Of a stretch of DNA of 64,000 nt, positions 46,154 to 59,814 are shown piece by piece (position 1 is the first letter of the stretch; every line of letters starts with the position of its first letter). The notes beneath the pieces were generated by a model that saw nothing but the letters and a program-made list of their open reading frames with translations, ran no database searches and was not told where the DNA came from. Made by a program: the position numbers and the translations under genes. Source of the DNA: Vitrella brassicaformis CCMP3155 (lineage: Eukaryota; Protista; Chromerida); the NCBI GenBank assembly GCA_001179505.1, contig CDMY01000240.1:1-64000 (forward strand), given 5' to 3'.

Positions 46154-46541
46154 CCTATACACACACGTGTCTGTCGTCGATGGGCAAGGAAGGGACGGGA
46201 GGTCCACTTGCCGGCCAGTACGGCGGACGGAGCGACCAACCAACCAACCAAAGGATGACGCTATCCCTCGCTAATGCGTGTGTATTCCGTCACCCCTGCA
46301 TCACTCGCTGCGGCAAGTGGCTCGCGCGGACTGTGCGTACCGGAGAGAGCGCACGTTGAAGGTCGTGGGTGGGTGGGAGTGAGGTCGCCTTAAGGGGAGA
46401 TCCGCGCTGCACCGCCAGCCGACGTGGTGTGGCAGGAACTGCACGACGAGCACTGCCTTGGTCCTGCCGTATCCCTATTCTCACCTGCAACGCAGATCTC
46501 CCGCAAGCTGAGCTCGCACTGATTGGCGAACGGCGTTGAAG

Positions 46542-49313
46542 ATGAAGATGAAGCTGCAGGCGTTGATGCTTGGCACGGTGGCGTCCTCTTACCCCTCTCA
46601 TGGATCCCAAGCTCTCATTTCTCATGCTCATCTGTCCTTCGCATCGCAGGCAACGGCGTGCGTCCCGCCGGCATTCGCCCTGACCATGCCGCCGTTCCGC
46701 AGATGTCGGCACAGCAGAAGATCTCGCCTCAGCTCTGTCGCAGATCCGCCCGCCTCAACGCGGCGCTCAGGAGATGCAAGGACGGGCAGACAACAGAGGC
46801 CATCTCGCGCTGACGAAGAGGATGATGAATCAGGTGGGCGCGAGATGGATGGATGGATGGATCGGCACTTCTCATCTCACCACCTGATTCTCCAATTGTG
46901 TGTGCCGTTTGCTGCAGATCATGGTCAAGGTGACGTCCCGCTGTATCTCGAGGAGCTGCCCTTGCCGTCCCTCCGCTCTCAGCTGCAGAGGCGAGGCCTC
47001 TCTGCCGCTGGCACCAGGAGGCAGCTCACGGCCAGGCTCACTGAGGCACTGCAGAAGGAGGCGCCGGCCGACAGCCGACCCAGGGGGCTGGCGCGAGCTG
47101 ACCAAAGGGATGAGAGGGATGCTGCTGCTGGCGGTGATGACTTCCTGCCTGACGACATCGGTCGGTGGGCTTGTGGTGGTGGGGTGGGGTGGGGTGGGTG
47201 AGGCGAGTGGGCGCGTCATGCCTGCTGGTTGCTTGGCTTGCTGTCAGATGAGGGCGCGTTGAGCGATGCGGAGATCGACGATGAGGAACTGATAGAGGCG
47301 GAGCAACGGCTCAACGCGTTCGAACAAAAGGTGCCTTGCCACTGGTCGACCACACAAAGACACACACACACACACACACGCACACACCGCATTTCTGGCT
47401 CTTCTGTGTGTCTGTCAGTTCTCCGATGAGCAGGAACAGCGTCTGAAGGCTATCAGACAGCACCAAAGCCGCCCACCACCAGCAGCACCAGCAGCAGCAG
47501 CCTCAGTCGACAGCGACCTTGCGCTGCTGGAGTCACTGACGGGCGAGAAGCTGCCCCCAGAGGAAACGGAGATCTCCGAGGACGAGCGCAACGCCATGTT
47601 TGTCAGGCAGCTGCGGCAGACTGTGGCCGGCGGCAAATCAGCGGCCCCTGATGGGCAAGAAGAGATGGACACGAGCTTCCTCGCCGCTCTGGGCATCGAC
47701 TCTTTGGAGGCCCTGGAGGCCATGAAGGACGATGAGCTGATCCGCAGTGGGCTAGAGGGCGAGAGCCAAGACGACGATGGGTCGGCGGAGCTGGCGGTCT
47801 TCAGTGCCATGAAGAAAGAGGTCTTCGGCGTCGACAATGACACTCTCGGGGCCCCTGCTCCCGCCCCAGCAGCAGACGACGCCTACAGCTCGGCCGAGGA
47901 GGAGGCCATTCTGGCTTTCCTCCTTGCCGAGAGCGGGCAACAGCGGCAGTCACAGAAAGCCTCACCCTCAGCCAAGCCACCCCTCCGTGAAGTGGAGACG
48001 ATGGTTGATGACGTCGATGGTGAGGGCGATGAGCGGATTGAGGGCATCGCGTACCGACTGAACAAGGGCAGAAAGGCCGAGCGCGAGCGCGAGGCGGGTG
48101 ATGCTGATGCTGATGAGGGTGAGGTGGAGCGTCGGATCGTCGAGTGCAAGAAGGAGATCCGGCAGCTGTCACGGCGGCTAGGCACACTCAACAAGAAACT
48201 CAGGGAGGTACGCCGGTCTCTGCAGGCCTCTGGAACAAGAGATGCTCGTGTGCAGGTGTTGTGTTGTGCCCTCCCGTGTGTGTCAGATTGTCGACCTGGA
48301 AAAGGCCGCCGAGTCAGGTGCAGAGCTCAACGTCGACCAGGTACTACCCCTCTACCCGACACACACACTTCCATCCATCCATCCACCCGTGTGTCTCTCC
48401 CTTTCTTGCCATCCATCAGCGGCGCAAGGCCGGTCGACGGCTGGAGCTGGTGACCCAGATCCGCCTGACGACACGGATGCGTGTGCGGCTGCAGCGAGAG
48501 GTCAGCTTGCTTGAGAAACGAGCAGGCACCTCCGTGGCCGAGGCCGCCAGGATCGCCGCCCCCAAGCTCAGGAACAGACGGCTGTGGGAAATGGAGGATG
48601 GCAAGAAACGGACGATGAGCGACGACGAGCTGAGAGAATACATGAGTGCGTGGGCGAGAGAGGGAGTGAGGGAGCGAGGGGAGGACACAATGAGCTGTGG
48701 ACATCTCTCTGTCTGTGTATGGGTGTGTGTAGTCAATGAAGACGAGTTTGCGAGGATGGATGGCGACGAGGAGTCGGGGCCGGGCGGGGGTGAGATGCCC
48801 CGGCGGCTGCTGTCGGCTCTATCGTGGTGTCGCGTGGCGTCCCGTGAGGACTGCCGTTTCATCCTGCAGGCCGGAGGGGTCACCGTCAACGGACAGACAG
48901 GTACATTCACCCGCCCACACGCGCACGCGCGCTTCATCGATCTGTTTGTGTGCATGGTCGGTGTCTGTGTTGTGTGTGCAGTACGTGAGCCGGGCCACCC
49001 CGTCAATCTGCTGACGGATGAGATCATCGCCTTCGGGCAGAAAGTGGAGGTCCCCACCAAGAACTGGTCCGTGCGTCAAGGGATCTCTCCCAACACCACA
49101 CACACAGAGCATCTCCACACAATACAAGTGCCTGTGTGTTGTCATGGCTGTGGCTGGGCCATTAACAGGTTTGGCGGTCCGCGGCTGACGAAATCGCAAC
49201 GCAAGGCGATGCTTGTGGACTACTCGCGGCGCATCGAGGATGTGTCGCGAACGGGGCGGCCAAACACGAGGAGGCGGCGAGGCGGCGGGGGGTTTGGGCA
49301 GCCTAAGGGGTGA
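46542..49313 (+). CDS. Probable plastid-targeted protein with a SAP-like motif, acidic/coiled-coil middle and C-terminal S4-like RNA-binding domain
   Basis: MKMKLQALMLGT|ATACVPPAFALT plus an Arg/Ser-rich transit region; LPSLRSQLQRRGLSAAGTRRQLTARL (SAP/HeH); RLLSALSWCRVASREDCRFILQAGGVTVNGQT|VREPGHPVNLLTDEIIAFG (S4-like, as at the N-terminus of RsuA/RluB). Confidence 0.7.
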
Positions 49314-49563
49314 GGGAGGAAGGGAGAAAGGGAGGGTGACGGTCGAGGACGTTGGGTGATCGATGTGGCAATCAGACGAGTCGAGGGCGATTGGCACCAT
49401 AATCCATTCATTCACTCACTAATGTGCAGTCAACAGAGTCCCATAACAACCAGTGAGACATCCGATGCGAAGCAGAGCCGACTCTTATCAAGAAACAGGC
49501 ACGTCACACCTTTGAAAGCTCTGGTCGGTCGACATGCCGGAACACCTATCAAGTCACCACCCC

Positions 49564-50594
49564 TCACTGCAGCACCGTCCCCCTTTCAATGACGTCACTC
49601 TCGAGACCGAATGGCCGAAGCGCACGGCGGGCGGCACCAACCGACACAGTGTAGCGGTCGGCGAGCGGATGAGATCCATCAGCTATAGGTGCCTCGGTCG
49701 TGAACAAATACTTCCCAACCACAGGTGAGCAGCGATGGTCTCGTTGGATCGCCAGCCGCTCACAATGACACTACGAAAAACAATCGGATTCGCATCATTC
49801 AGATTGCCCCCATCGTAGCGGAAGTCGGCGACGATGCCCAGACCCTCTGTGATGCTATCGGTCAGCAGCACACGGCCATAGCGAGGGTCACCGCGGCCGA
49901 TGTCTGCACGCAGCACCATCCTGCGGCCCATTCCCTCTCCATCGGGCCACCAGAGGAGTCGCCTGTGCAGCAGGAATGCCGAGAAGAAGGGAAAGAGATT
50001 GAGGCCGCAGCGGATGACGGGGTCGGTCCGCTTGTAGCCCTCAGCATAAGGATGCCCGCCCGGCAGCTCACCAAGAGACACCACACGAAACGGACCAGAA
50101 TTGCCGATCCAATAGAGTCCGTTGTCATCGGCTTGCTGCAGCGCCAGGCTGGTCCTTCTGTGTGTGAGCAGGTGGCCGAACAGCCGATAGATTGCCATCG
50201 CCAATGGCAGCTGGTGGAATGCCGTCCTGCTGGGAAGGTGGGCTGTCAGCCACTGAGCCGACAGCACCAGGGGCAGCCCATTGGCAGGCGTCAGCCGATA
50301 GATGGCGGCCAGCCGGATGAACCGCCCCATCCCAGGCCACTCGTTGCTGCCCTGCTCCAGCACATAGGCCGCCCGCAGCACACAGCTGAATGGGAGAGGG
50401 GCGGTGCGGTCGATGTCGATGAGGCCGGTGAGAGAGTGGCGGGCGAGGGAGCCGACGATGCGCTCCACCAGCAGAGCGGCGGTCACCAGAGCCGCCTTCA
50501 CCCGGCAGGTCGCTCGGACACAGACCGCCTCATGGACGAGAAGGGACGGCAGAATGCGCCTCCGCCACAGGTCGTCGGGCACCAAATCAGACAT
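49564..50594 (-). pseudogene. Family A, subtype A2, with a 10-nt deletion near 49705 that frameshifts the tail
   Basis: gggaagt|atttgttcacg versus gggaagtggctacatctatctgttcacg in the 62162 copy. Confidence 0.8.
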
Positions 50595-51219
50595 CGTCAC
50601 GACTCAGTCAGTGAGCGCATGACAACAACCTTCCTGACAGCACACAGGACACACACATGGAAGCAGAAATAGAGTGCATTTCGAATCGGCTTGCGTGGTT
50701 CTTCTCTCACCCTTCACAAGTTGACCACGTGCAGTGCAGGAGGCACAACGACGCCGGCCTGTGTGATCATGAAGCCTCTGTCTGCTCACTCGGGAAGATC
50801 AAGATGAACAAGGCAGACGGCGACTCAGACCTGCCACAATCACACACAGAGACCACACAGGCTGTCATTGCTGATGTCATAAGGCCCTCCTGGGTGCCCT
50901 CGCTCACCTCAATGCGTCAGATCAGCGCCGGTCAGAGAGATGACGGCGACATCTGTGTTGATCGATGTCATCACAGCAGCTCTTTGATCACCTCCCAGGC
51001 ACTCCACGCCGCCCGTGCAAAAAGGAAAGGCAAACGATCTGCACGCCAAGCTCGCAAAGCACGGTTTCGGACCCTCTCAAGGGACTCATCGGAGGTGAGA
51101 GGGCAGCAACAGAGACAGATGAAGCATCGGAGTGCCGCAAACCGATCCCTCTTCGTGTGTCTGTTGCGTGGCTGCAGATCTGTTGTGTGATTCCTCGCTC
51201 AGGCCTCAGGACACTCCCG

Positions 51220-52356
51220 ATGCAGCCCACTGGTGCAGCCCACCCCTCGTCCCGTCCCCCCAGCCCTGCCCTCTTCCAGCCCGCCGACCTCTTTGACCTG
51301 TCATTGCCCATCAGCAAGATGGCCGCCATGGCCATGGCGACTGACGATGCCAAACGAGCCGCTCTCCGCTCGCAGCTCGCCACCCGCACTCGGCAACAGG
51401 AGCTGCTGGGCCACACTGCGGAGACCGTCAACAGCACCCTGCTCAACGCCGTCCAGCAGCACATCCACAAGGCCCTCAGTCAAAGAGGTGTGGCGGACGT
51501 CTTGGCCTTCGACATTGGCGGTAATGTGGAGGCCGGCTTGAGGGTGGTCTATGTGCTGGAGCGGGGCAATGGCGAGGAGTGGCGGGCGATGGGGCGGCTC
51601 CCTCGGCTGGCCTTCATCTACCGGCTGACGCCTGCTGATGCGACTCGGCCTCTCCGTCTGTCGGCCGACGCACTGCCCACAGCAACGGCCTTCCACCAGC
51701 TGCCACTCACCATGGCCATCTACAAAATCATGGGCCGTCAGCTTACGCTCAGATGGCCCACACTGGAGCTGCAGCAAGTCGACGACAACGGACTCTATCG
51801 GATCGGCAATTCTGGTCCATTTCGTGTGGTGCCTTTGGGTGAGCTGCCGGGCGGCCATCGCTATGCTGAGGGCTACAAGCGGACCGATCCCGTCATCCGA
51901 TGGGGCCCCTATCTCTATCGCTCATTCTCGGCATTCCTGATGGACGCGCTGCTCTGGTGGTGGGACCGTGAAGAGGGGGTGGGTCAGAGGATGGTGCTGT
52001 CGGCCAACATCGGCTGCCGCGACCCTCGCTATCACCGACTGTTGAGGACCGACAACATCACAGAGGATCAGGGCATCGCTATCGATTATCGCAATGATGC
52101 GGGCAATCTCAATGTTGCTGATTCGATTGACTTTCGGAATGTGATTGTGAGCGGCTGCCGCGAAAACGAGACCGTCGCTGCGCACCTGTGGGTGGCGTGG
52201 GGCGGAATCAGGCTGTACACGACCGAGCCATCTGCTGCCCATCGACTTCAGCCGCTCGCTGTCCGCTTCCCCACTTCATTGCCCTTGTGGCGCAGTGTGC
52301 TGCTGGGATGCGGGCTTGACAACGATGTCATCAACAGGGGGCGGGTGGTGCCATGA
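51220..52356 (+). CDS. Family A, subtype A1 (MQPTGAA variant), intact
   Basis: MQPTGAAHPSSRPPSPALFQPADLFDLSLPISKMAAMAMATDDAKRAALRSQ...VADVLAFDIGG...VINRGRVVP*. Confidence 0.8.
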   Translation: MQPTGAAHPSSRPPSPALFQPADLFDLSLPISKMAAMAMATDDAKRAALRSQLATRTRQQELLGHTAETVNSTLLNAVQQHIHKALSQRGVADVLAFDIGGNVEAGLRVVYVLERGNGEEWRAMGRLPRLAFIYRLTPADATRPLRLSADALPTATAFHQLPLTMAIYKIMGRQLTLRWPTLELQQVDDNGLYRIGNSGPFRVVPLGELPGGHRYAEGYKRTDPVIRWGPYLYRSFSAFLMDALLWWWDREEGVGQRMVLSANIGCRDPRYHRLLRTDNITEDQGIAIDYRNDAGNLNVADSIDFRNVIVSGCRENETVAAHLWVAWGGIRLYTTEPSAAHRLQPLAVRFPTSLPLWRSVLLGCGLDNDVINRGRVVP

Positions 52357-52941
52357 GGGGTGCCGGCCGGCTGGTGCCTGATTTGGCTGGTGCGTTTAAT
52401 GAGTTGGGGGGGCCGCGGGGGGAGGGGCTAATGGCTGCAGGGTTGTCCACATGTGGGTGTGTCTGTGTCCGGTGGCTTGACGCATTGCCTGACGTGAGTG
52501 CTCCGTATGTTAGCGAGACTGACTGATGACAAATTTCCCTTAATCTCCGTATTTTATGTACACAGCCGTCCGTCCATCCGAACAGACCACAGGGCACACA
52601 CACAGACAGACAGAGACAGACAGACGGACGGACGGACAGGTAATGTTCAAAGCTCTGCTCCCCGCCCGTCAAGCTGTCGTCAGTCGTGACGATTTCACAT
52701 GAGCTTGACAGTATAGAAGCAGGCCTGTCTTTGGGCATGTGTGTGGTGATTGTGTGTGCTGATTATGTCTTTCTTTGCAGTGTGCGAAGCATTGAATGGA
52801 ACAAGGGTGGAAGGATGAATGGAAGGGCATCGCAGTGAGTGCACCAGGTGCCCGTCACACACTTCATTCTCTCATTGTCAGTCAGGCCATGCAGAGAGAG
52901 AGAGAACACTGGACACTCATCCTTTACATGTAGCTGTCTGT

Positions 52942-55230
52942 CTATCGGCTCTCAGTTCCCCTCTGCTTCATCGGGTCAATCTCAACCACCTGATCCTGCA
53001 CACACACACACATTGAACAAACAGCCGGCCAAAGAAGTGGCCCGCCCGTCATCCATCGATCCAATCCAACGAACGGACCTCTTATTATCCACCTAGTGTG
53101 TACCTGATTAGGGTTGACGATACTGGCAGTGAAGTCAAGATACCACTCCCACAGCAGCACCGCCAGCAGCAACTGAACCACACCTCACTCAACACACCGC
53201 ACCCTTCTGTCTGTCTATGGTGTGGTGGTGCCGTCCCCTGCCCACCGGCGTGACGGTCTGTTGCAGCTTGGCGTCATACGCCTGTGTGCCGGGGACGGCC
53301 ATCAAGAACCGAATGCCGTTGTACACCTGTTGATCGATCAACGGATGGATGGATGGATGCGCACAGGGCTGCGCTGCGTGTGTGGGTCACTAAGAGAGTG
53401 CCTCCCTCACTTCAGTGAGTGCTTCATTCACTGACTGACCGCGGCGAAGGTGCATCCTGAGGCGAGCAGGAACTGCAGGCGCTTTGGGAAGAACCTCTGG
53501 CAGCTCCACAGCTGCAGCTTCAGACCGAAATCACGCGCCTCAACCCTGCAAACAAACAAAGGGAGTTGTTAACACACAACACAGCCATTCGTATCACGAG
53601 GTCATCCATGGCCATGGTGGTGCTAGAGAGGGTCGTGTGCATGTGTGTGTGTATGTCTATGTACCTGACTTTCTGAGGCCAGTACTGGAGGTCAGTCGGC
53701 TGGTTTCGAGACTCCCGCTCCCTCAGCCACGTCAGCTGAGCCAAAGACACACAGACAGACAGACACGCGAAGATTCTCCACATTTGTGGGGCTGGTCTGG
53801 AATTTTTCTGGTTGGTTGGTTGGCTACCAGGTGTGGAGGGGCCACCTCATCCAGCTGCTGAGTCTGCCCCACACACACACACACACACACACGACCCAGG
53901 ACCCAGCCATGGGTGTTCCGATCACCCATGGCAGCATTGCATTCACACCGACATACGCACCTGTTGAATGAGTTCCCTGATGATGTCCCGCTGCTCCTTG
54001 GTGAACTGCAGCAGCGCCCGGCGCACATACGCACGTTTGCGAGACCTGGCGTCCCTCCCTCCAGACACCTGCTGGCATGAACCAACCAACAGCCACACAC
54101 ACACATCACGGACGGCACCTCAGCCCACCAGGCCACACACATACCTGAGCGTCGCTCGCCGTCTTCGTAGCTGCTGCGCCATCCCCCAGTGGCTGCACCA
54201 TCCGCCACGCCTCTTCGCTGCTGCTGCTGCTGCTGCTGCTGCTGACAGGTGTGTGTGGCGGTGAAGGTGCCGTTGGCTGTATGTTGAGGTCGTGCATCTG
54301 TGTCTGCAGCTTCCGCAGCCTCTGCTGCAGTGTCGTCAGCTGGGCGTAGTCCTTCTGAAGCGACTCCACCACCTCAGGATACCGAGAGAAACCCGACAGC
54401 TGCACAACACATAGAAATGTGGCTGCCTGCTTTTCGCCATTGATGGCTGGATACACTCACTCACCGCTTCCACAGGCAGAGAGGACACATTTGGCGCGAC
54501 AGCCGACGGCCTCGACACTTCCCTTAGGCCCCCCGCACCGGTCGCCACCTCCTGCCGCTGCTTGACCTTGATGTTTCTGAAGTAGCGGTCGAATATCTGC
54601 CGCTTCCTGAGGGCGATCTCCGACTTGAGCGACGAGATCTGCTGCTCACGGGGGTCGGTGAACGGCCGGGAAGGGGCGGCTGGGGGAGAGGGGGAGGGCT
54701 CGAGCAGGCGGCTCAGAGAGGGTGGCAGAGCTGGCTCTGAGAGAGAGAGAGAGAAAGGGAGCCATTGAATGGTGTATGCTTTGTGTGTTGGGGGCATACC
54801 GCTGGTGTCCGTCTTGACGGGTGGCATGTTGGGGTCATCGAGCTCGGCCAGGACCTCCTCAAACACAGCTGACACAACACAGCACAACACAACGAGCGAA
54901 TGAACACATGGAATGGGACGCTGGCTCTCCACCCTCCCACCACGTCTGCTCACCGAGATCCACACCCTCTTCCAGTGCAAGCCCGCTCGACTGTTTCAGC
55001 AGCAGCAGCAACTCATCCCGCAGGCCGCCGCGGCCTCCTGGCGCCACTGTGGCAGCAGCTGACGATGAGGGCCTGGTCTCCGTCGCCGGCTGAGCTGACA
55101 TCCTCGGAACCGTCGGTAGAGAGAACAGAGGCCGGTGGGATGGGGAGGGAGGGGGGCTGACGATGAATGCATTTGACGCCGCGATGCACTGCCACACCGC
55201 AAGGATGAAGAGCGTCGTCGGTAGGGGCAT
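52942..55230 (-). CDS. Hypothetical plastid-targeted protein, multi-exon, coiled coil plus C-terminal hydrophobic segments
   Basis: MPLPTTLFILAVWQCIAASNAF plus an S/P/R-rich transit region; exons such as EQQISSLKSEIALRKRQIF, LQKDYAQLTTLQQRLRKLQ, VVQLLLAVLLWEWYLDF and DQVVEIDPMKQRGTESR*. Confidence 0.6.
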
Positions 55231-55459
55231 ACAGATGGGATCAGTCATCGGCACTCATTCACTCGTCCAGATCTCGCAAAGCCGGAAGCTCACGCTGCAG
55301 CAGTTGTCGGCTGCCCACTGATTCTTATATGTTTGACCCTCATCTGCCTTCGCTTTTATCGCGTCCCATTCAAGCTCGCCATTTTGTTCGAGCGCGCAGC
55401 ACGAAACCACGCGCTGACGAGGGTGAATCCCGTAGGAGGAGGACCCCAGCAGCACAAGG

Positions 55460-57934
55460 ATGGCGCCTCGGACCAGCACTGGCCGCAAGCACTCGTCACA
55501 CGCCGACGGTCCACCCTCCCCAAAGCGGCGGTCCTCGTCCTTCTGCCTCCTGCGCGCCATCCCGCTCGGCAGGCAAAGGACGGCCACCCACGACGACCTG
55601 GTGCACCACCCATCCCTCAGTGGCAAGCCCGTCGTGTGGTCCGCCCTCCCCGACGAGATAGAGGAGTTGGTGTTGATCAGCCTGGGTGCGAGGGACATCT
55701 GCATCCTCCAGGCGGCTTCTGGTGGGCTGAGGGCGAGGGGCAAGAGGGTGCTGGACAAGAGGGTCGCGGCGCTGAGTTTGCGTGAGGCTGGGGCGGACGT
55801 CAAGGCCGTCCACTTCTGGGAGACGCGGCAGCCGCGTGCGGGGCCGAACGGCTCGCTCAGCGCCAATGGACTCATCGCCGTCTGTCAAAAGGCCAACGGC
55901 AGGTCAGCAAGCTACCTAGCATCCATTGTGCTCATGTGTGCCACTGGTTTCTGGGGTTCGGTTGGCTAATTGCAGGGTGGTTGTGTGTGGTCACACGCCT
56001 TCCCTGCCCCAATGGCTGGACCCGATACTCGACACGGCCATCGCGCCCCCCCTCCCCCGCGCGCACAGACGCCCATCGGCCTCCCACCATCACGACAGCG
56101 ACGTGCAGATGCCCATCGGCTGGCCGAGAGACATCACGGCGTGTCTGCCGCCGAGCAGGGAGATGGCGCACCTCGGCACATGGACCTGCGTCACGCGGGA
56201 CGGCCTGGTGTACCTCTGCTTCCCCCCTCTGCTGCTGCCGCTCTCCCTCCCCCTCTTCAATCTCCCGCCATCAGCCGGCAGGAGCGGGGCGTTGGCGACG
56301 CCTGGCGCCATACCGGCCCCGCTGCCCAGCAAGGCCCCTGCCAAGAGCAAGACCCCCCACAAGTGCAGGCGGCACTGCCCCTGCCGAGCGGCGGGTATGG
56401 CCTCGCTGTACCCCTCTCGGTCAACGCCCACCGTCTCGCAGCAGCAGCAGGAGAGTGGCATGGACGACAGGGGCGACAGTGACAGGGCCCCCGCCACCCC
56501 CCCTGCACGGACTGGGCAGGTGCAGGTGGGGTTTGGTGCGATGATGCAGCATCATCGGGTGGCGCAGCTGCCGCGGCTGCCGTGTCTGCGGAGCATGGTC
56601 CGCGTCGTCGCGAGCACCTGCGACCACATGGCCTTCGTCACTGGCCAAGGTACGCTACGCCGCACCTACGGTTGTCCGTCCCTCCATCACTTCACATGCA
56701 TAATACGTGTGTGTCACCTCAATTGCTGCATGGTACACAGGTGAGTTGTGGCTACTTGGCGACCAGCGACATCAGCAGTTCTCTCCCTCTGCACCATCCA
56801 GCTGGTCGGCCCCCATGATCCCCGAGCGCGTGCACGGCCTCGACAAGCAGCGCGTCACACACGTGGCCGTGGGCGGCGGCAGGGCGACCGGCAGCGGCCC
56901 CCCATCCCCCTCATCCACCCCCACCCACTTCACGCTGGCCCTGACGGACACAGGCCACGTGTATGGCGTCGGCTGCGACAGCAGGGGCCAGCTGGGGAGG
57001 GGCGACGTCAGGCAAAGGCAGAGGAAGGGCGTCGGCGAGTTCCTCGAGGCCACACGAATCGAACCCAAGCTCTTCAACAATGAGAAGGTGGGTCAGCTTG
57101 GCCAAGGTCACCACTGATTCTTCTCGAGTGTGTGCACTTGTATGTTTGTGTGTCGATGTGGTTTAGGTGGTTGCCTTGGCAGCCGGTGCGGCGCATGCAG
57201 CCGCCCTGACGGCCACCGGTGCGGCCTTCACCTGGGGCTCTGGCGACAGAGGCCAGCTCGGACACCGATTTCCCGTGGACGAGTACGAGCCCGTCCCCAC
57301 GCGCATCGACTACGTCAAGGACAGCCGCGCCACCTCACCCCCCTCACACACCGGCGGCCCTGCCAACCCCCCGAGCACGCCCCCCTCCCCTTCGCTCATC
57401 GAGGCGTCACGACGAATGGTCTTCTCGCGGGTGTCGTGCGGCGCCTGCCACACCCTGCTGACCACTGACGACGGCAAGGTCTACGGCTGCGGGGCCAATG
57501 ATGGCGCTCTGGGGCTGGGTGACCCGTATCAGCGATACCTTCCGACACTCGTCGCACGATTTCTCGCCAAAGGGGTCAGTGACTTGGCACACAACAGACA
57601 GACGGACGGACGGACGGACAGACAGGAGAATTGTCATGTCTCTGTGTGCTTGTCTCAGGTGCGTGTGGTGGAAAGTGCGGGGGGCCAGGCGTTCAGTTTG
57701 TTCCTAGACAGCACCGGGGGCCTCTGGTGGACGGGCGAGGCGCCCTGGGGCTTCCACAGCCGCCGGGCCACGCACAAGCCAGCACCCCCCACGTCGCCAT
57801 CCATCAAGGGCACGCTGCTGCGGCTGGTGGGCGAGCACCACCCCTGTGGCCGCCCCTCCCACGCCCCGTCGTCGCTGGTGCCCGTCAGGCTGCCCACGCC
57901 GTCTGTCGTCCATGCCACTGCGGCCTCAGGCTGA
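55460..57934 (+). CDS. F-box and RCC1-repeat protein
   Basis: WSALPDEIEELVLISLGARDICILQAAS (F-box); RCC1 repeats FTLALTDTGHVYGVGCDSRGQLG, VALAAGAAHAAALTATGAAFTWGSGDRGQLG, VSCGACHTLLTTDDGKVYGCGANDGALGLG and SAGGQAFSLFLDSTGGLWWTG. Confidence 0.88.
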
Positions 57935-59814
57935 CAAGAATAGTCGTTCTCTGCCGAACGAAGCGAACCAATCGGTCGCTGCGTAGCACTCGCGACATCT
58001 GTGCCGTGTGTGACGTGACAGCTGGGACATTGCCGTTTTTCTGTCGTCCTCATGGCTTGATTGGCTTGATTGGCTTGTCCGCCTGCTTGCTTGGATGGTG
58101 TCTCTTACTGTCGTCTCTCCATCTCTCCGTCTCTCTTTCTGTGCCCGTGTTGTGCGTGTGTTGTGTTGTGATTCGTTTCGTTGACTGGGCTGCCATTTTT
58201 CTGTCCCAGCTCGTCTGTACGCGGATGGATGGATGGATGCACTGATTGGGGGAAACATGGCTCGGGTCCTCTCTGTAGCGAGCTGGGCTAATCGAGACAA
58301 AAGTGGGGCGGGGAGGATGGCGTGATTAATGCTGCTGCTGCGTCCCTGCCTGCCCGTCTGGCTCGTTGCCGGCACGGGTTTTCCGCTATTGGTGATGCTG
58401 ACTGCTGCCCTGCCATGTATATTATCTATTACCTACTGTCCGTTGGGTGGGTCGGGTCTGATGTTCACACGTGAGAGAGAATTGTGACAAGCCTCTTGAC
58501 GATTGGCTGACTGCTGCATTCACGATTACGGTCCTGCGGGCGGGCGGTGGGTGTCTGGTGTTCTCTCGGTGCTTTTGTGCTTCCCTCAGACGGTTGTCGT
58601 GCCTGTGACTGACAGCAGGCAGGGAAGGCGTCTGTCGGTGGCGTCTGAGCCATGAGAGGACAACGGACCCCTAGGGACACGGGAGAGAGAGGGAAAGCCT
58701 CCTCGTGACGCTCTATCTGACTGACTGTGTGTGGGCACTGTGAATGTTCACCACCCCACCCCCACTCACTCACCTCTCTGTGTCGATCGATGTATGGCAT
58801 GGCTGTTGTACAGTAAGTATATACGGGGGACACCACAACGGAAAGGACGAGGGGTTCCATTCGTGCTGCTTCGTGGCTATCGAGCAAATATGCCTGCGAG
58901 CATGACTTCTCCATGATGTGTCACAATACAAGGCATCGAAGTGAGTCGAGAGCAGCCACAGCGCTCGACTCACACCGATGTCGAGGGACGCGACACATCA
59001 AGAGAGACGTGCCTGCCTGTCTGTTGGTCGTCGTCACTATCCCAAACTGATCTCAACTGGCTGGGCATTATGGGATTTTTCACTTGCGGCTGAGTACGTG
59101 TGTGCGTGTGATTGCGACTCAGAGAGGGAGTGCACTGTGTGTCCGTGTTGTGTGTGCCCAAAGGGCAGATTGCATGGCTGCATACCTTGATTGTGTTGTG
59201 GGAGTGCATGATGTGGATGGGTGGCTATGGACGAACGCGTGGATGAGGGATTCAATCGTAAATTTCGTTTCTCCAGCCCTGATCACGGACCGTCTGGGGG
59301 TACGGCGAACTCACAGGCACGACCCACATGATTGATGCCAGCTATAGACGAATTCGGCTCTCATGTATACAGTGCGGCTGTGGGCGTGGTCTGACTGTCC
59401 ACACCATGAGAATGTCAGCACCAACAATCACCATAGACATGCCCAAAGACAAGACTGTCACACGCCTGTTGTTGTACTGTCAAGCTTATCTGAGAGTATC
59501 ACGAGTGACGACAGCCTGACGGGCAGGGAGGAGGGAGAGCTTTAGAACATCAGCTGTGCCTGTCCGCCTGTCTGTCTGTCTGTCTGTCTGTCTCTGTCTG
59601 TGTGTCCTGTGGTCTGTTCGGATGGACGGACGCCTGTGTACACAAACACGGAGAGTAAGGAAAATTTGTTCTAAGCACTCTCGCTGACATACAGAGTACT
59701 CACGTCAGCGTCAGTCACCGGACACACAAACACACACATGGACACCCATGCAGCCATTGGCCCTGCCCTAACTCATTAAAGGCACCAACCATACCAGGCG
59801 CCAGCCGGCACCCC

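Larger units (their letters stand above)
49560..52745. repeat. Left arm of a large inverted segmental duplication (right arm about 59430-63250)
   Basis: The A2(-)/spacer/A1(+)/3' element/flank order is mirrored as flank/3' element/A1(-)/spacer/A2(+). The outer flank 52640-52745 matches 59430-59550 reverse-complemented. Confidence 0.85.

Noticed and set aside
35849-50672. Long antisense ORFs over A2 copies (35849-37180, 39684-40607, 49725-50672) and over B copies (e.g. 13454-14458)
   Set aside because: Shadow frames of GC-rich coding DNA. Their similarity simply mirrors the sense-strand family, and their starts and ends are inconsistent between copies.
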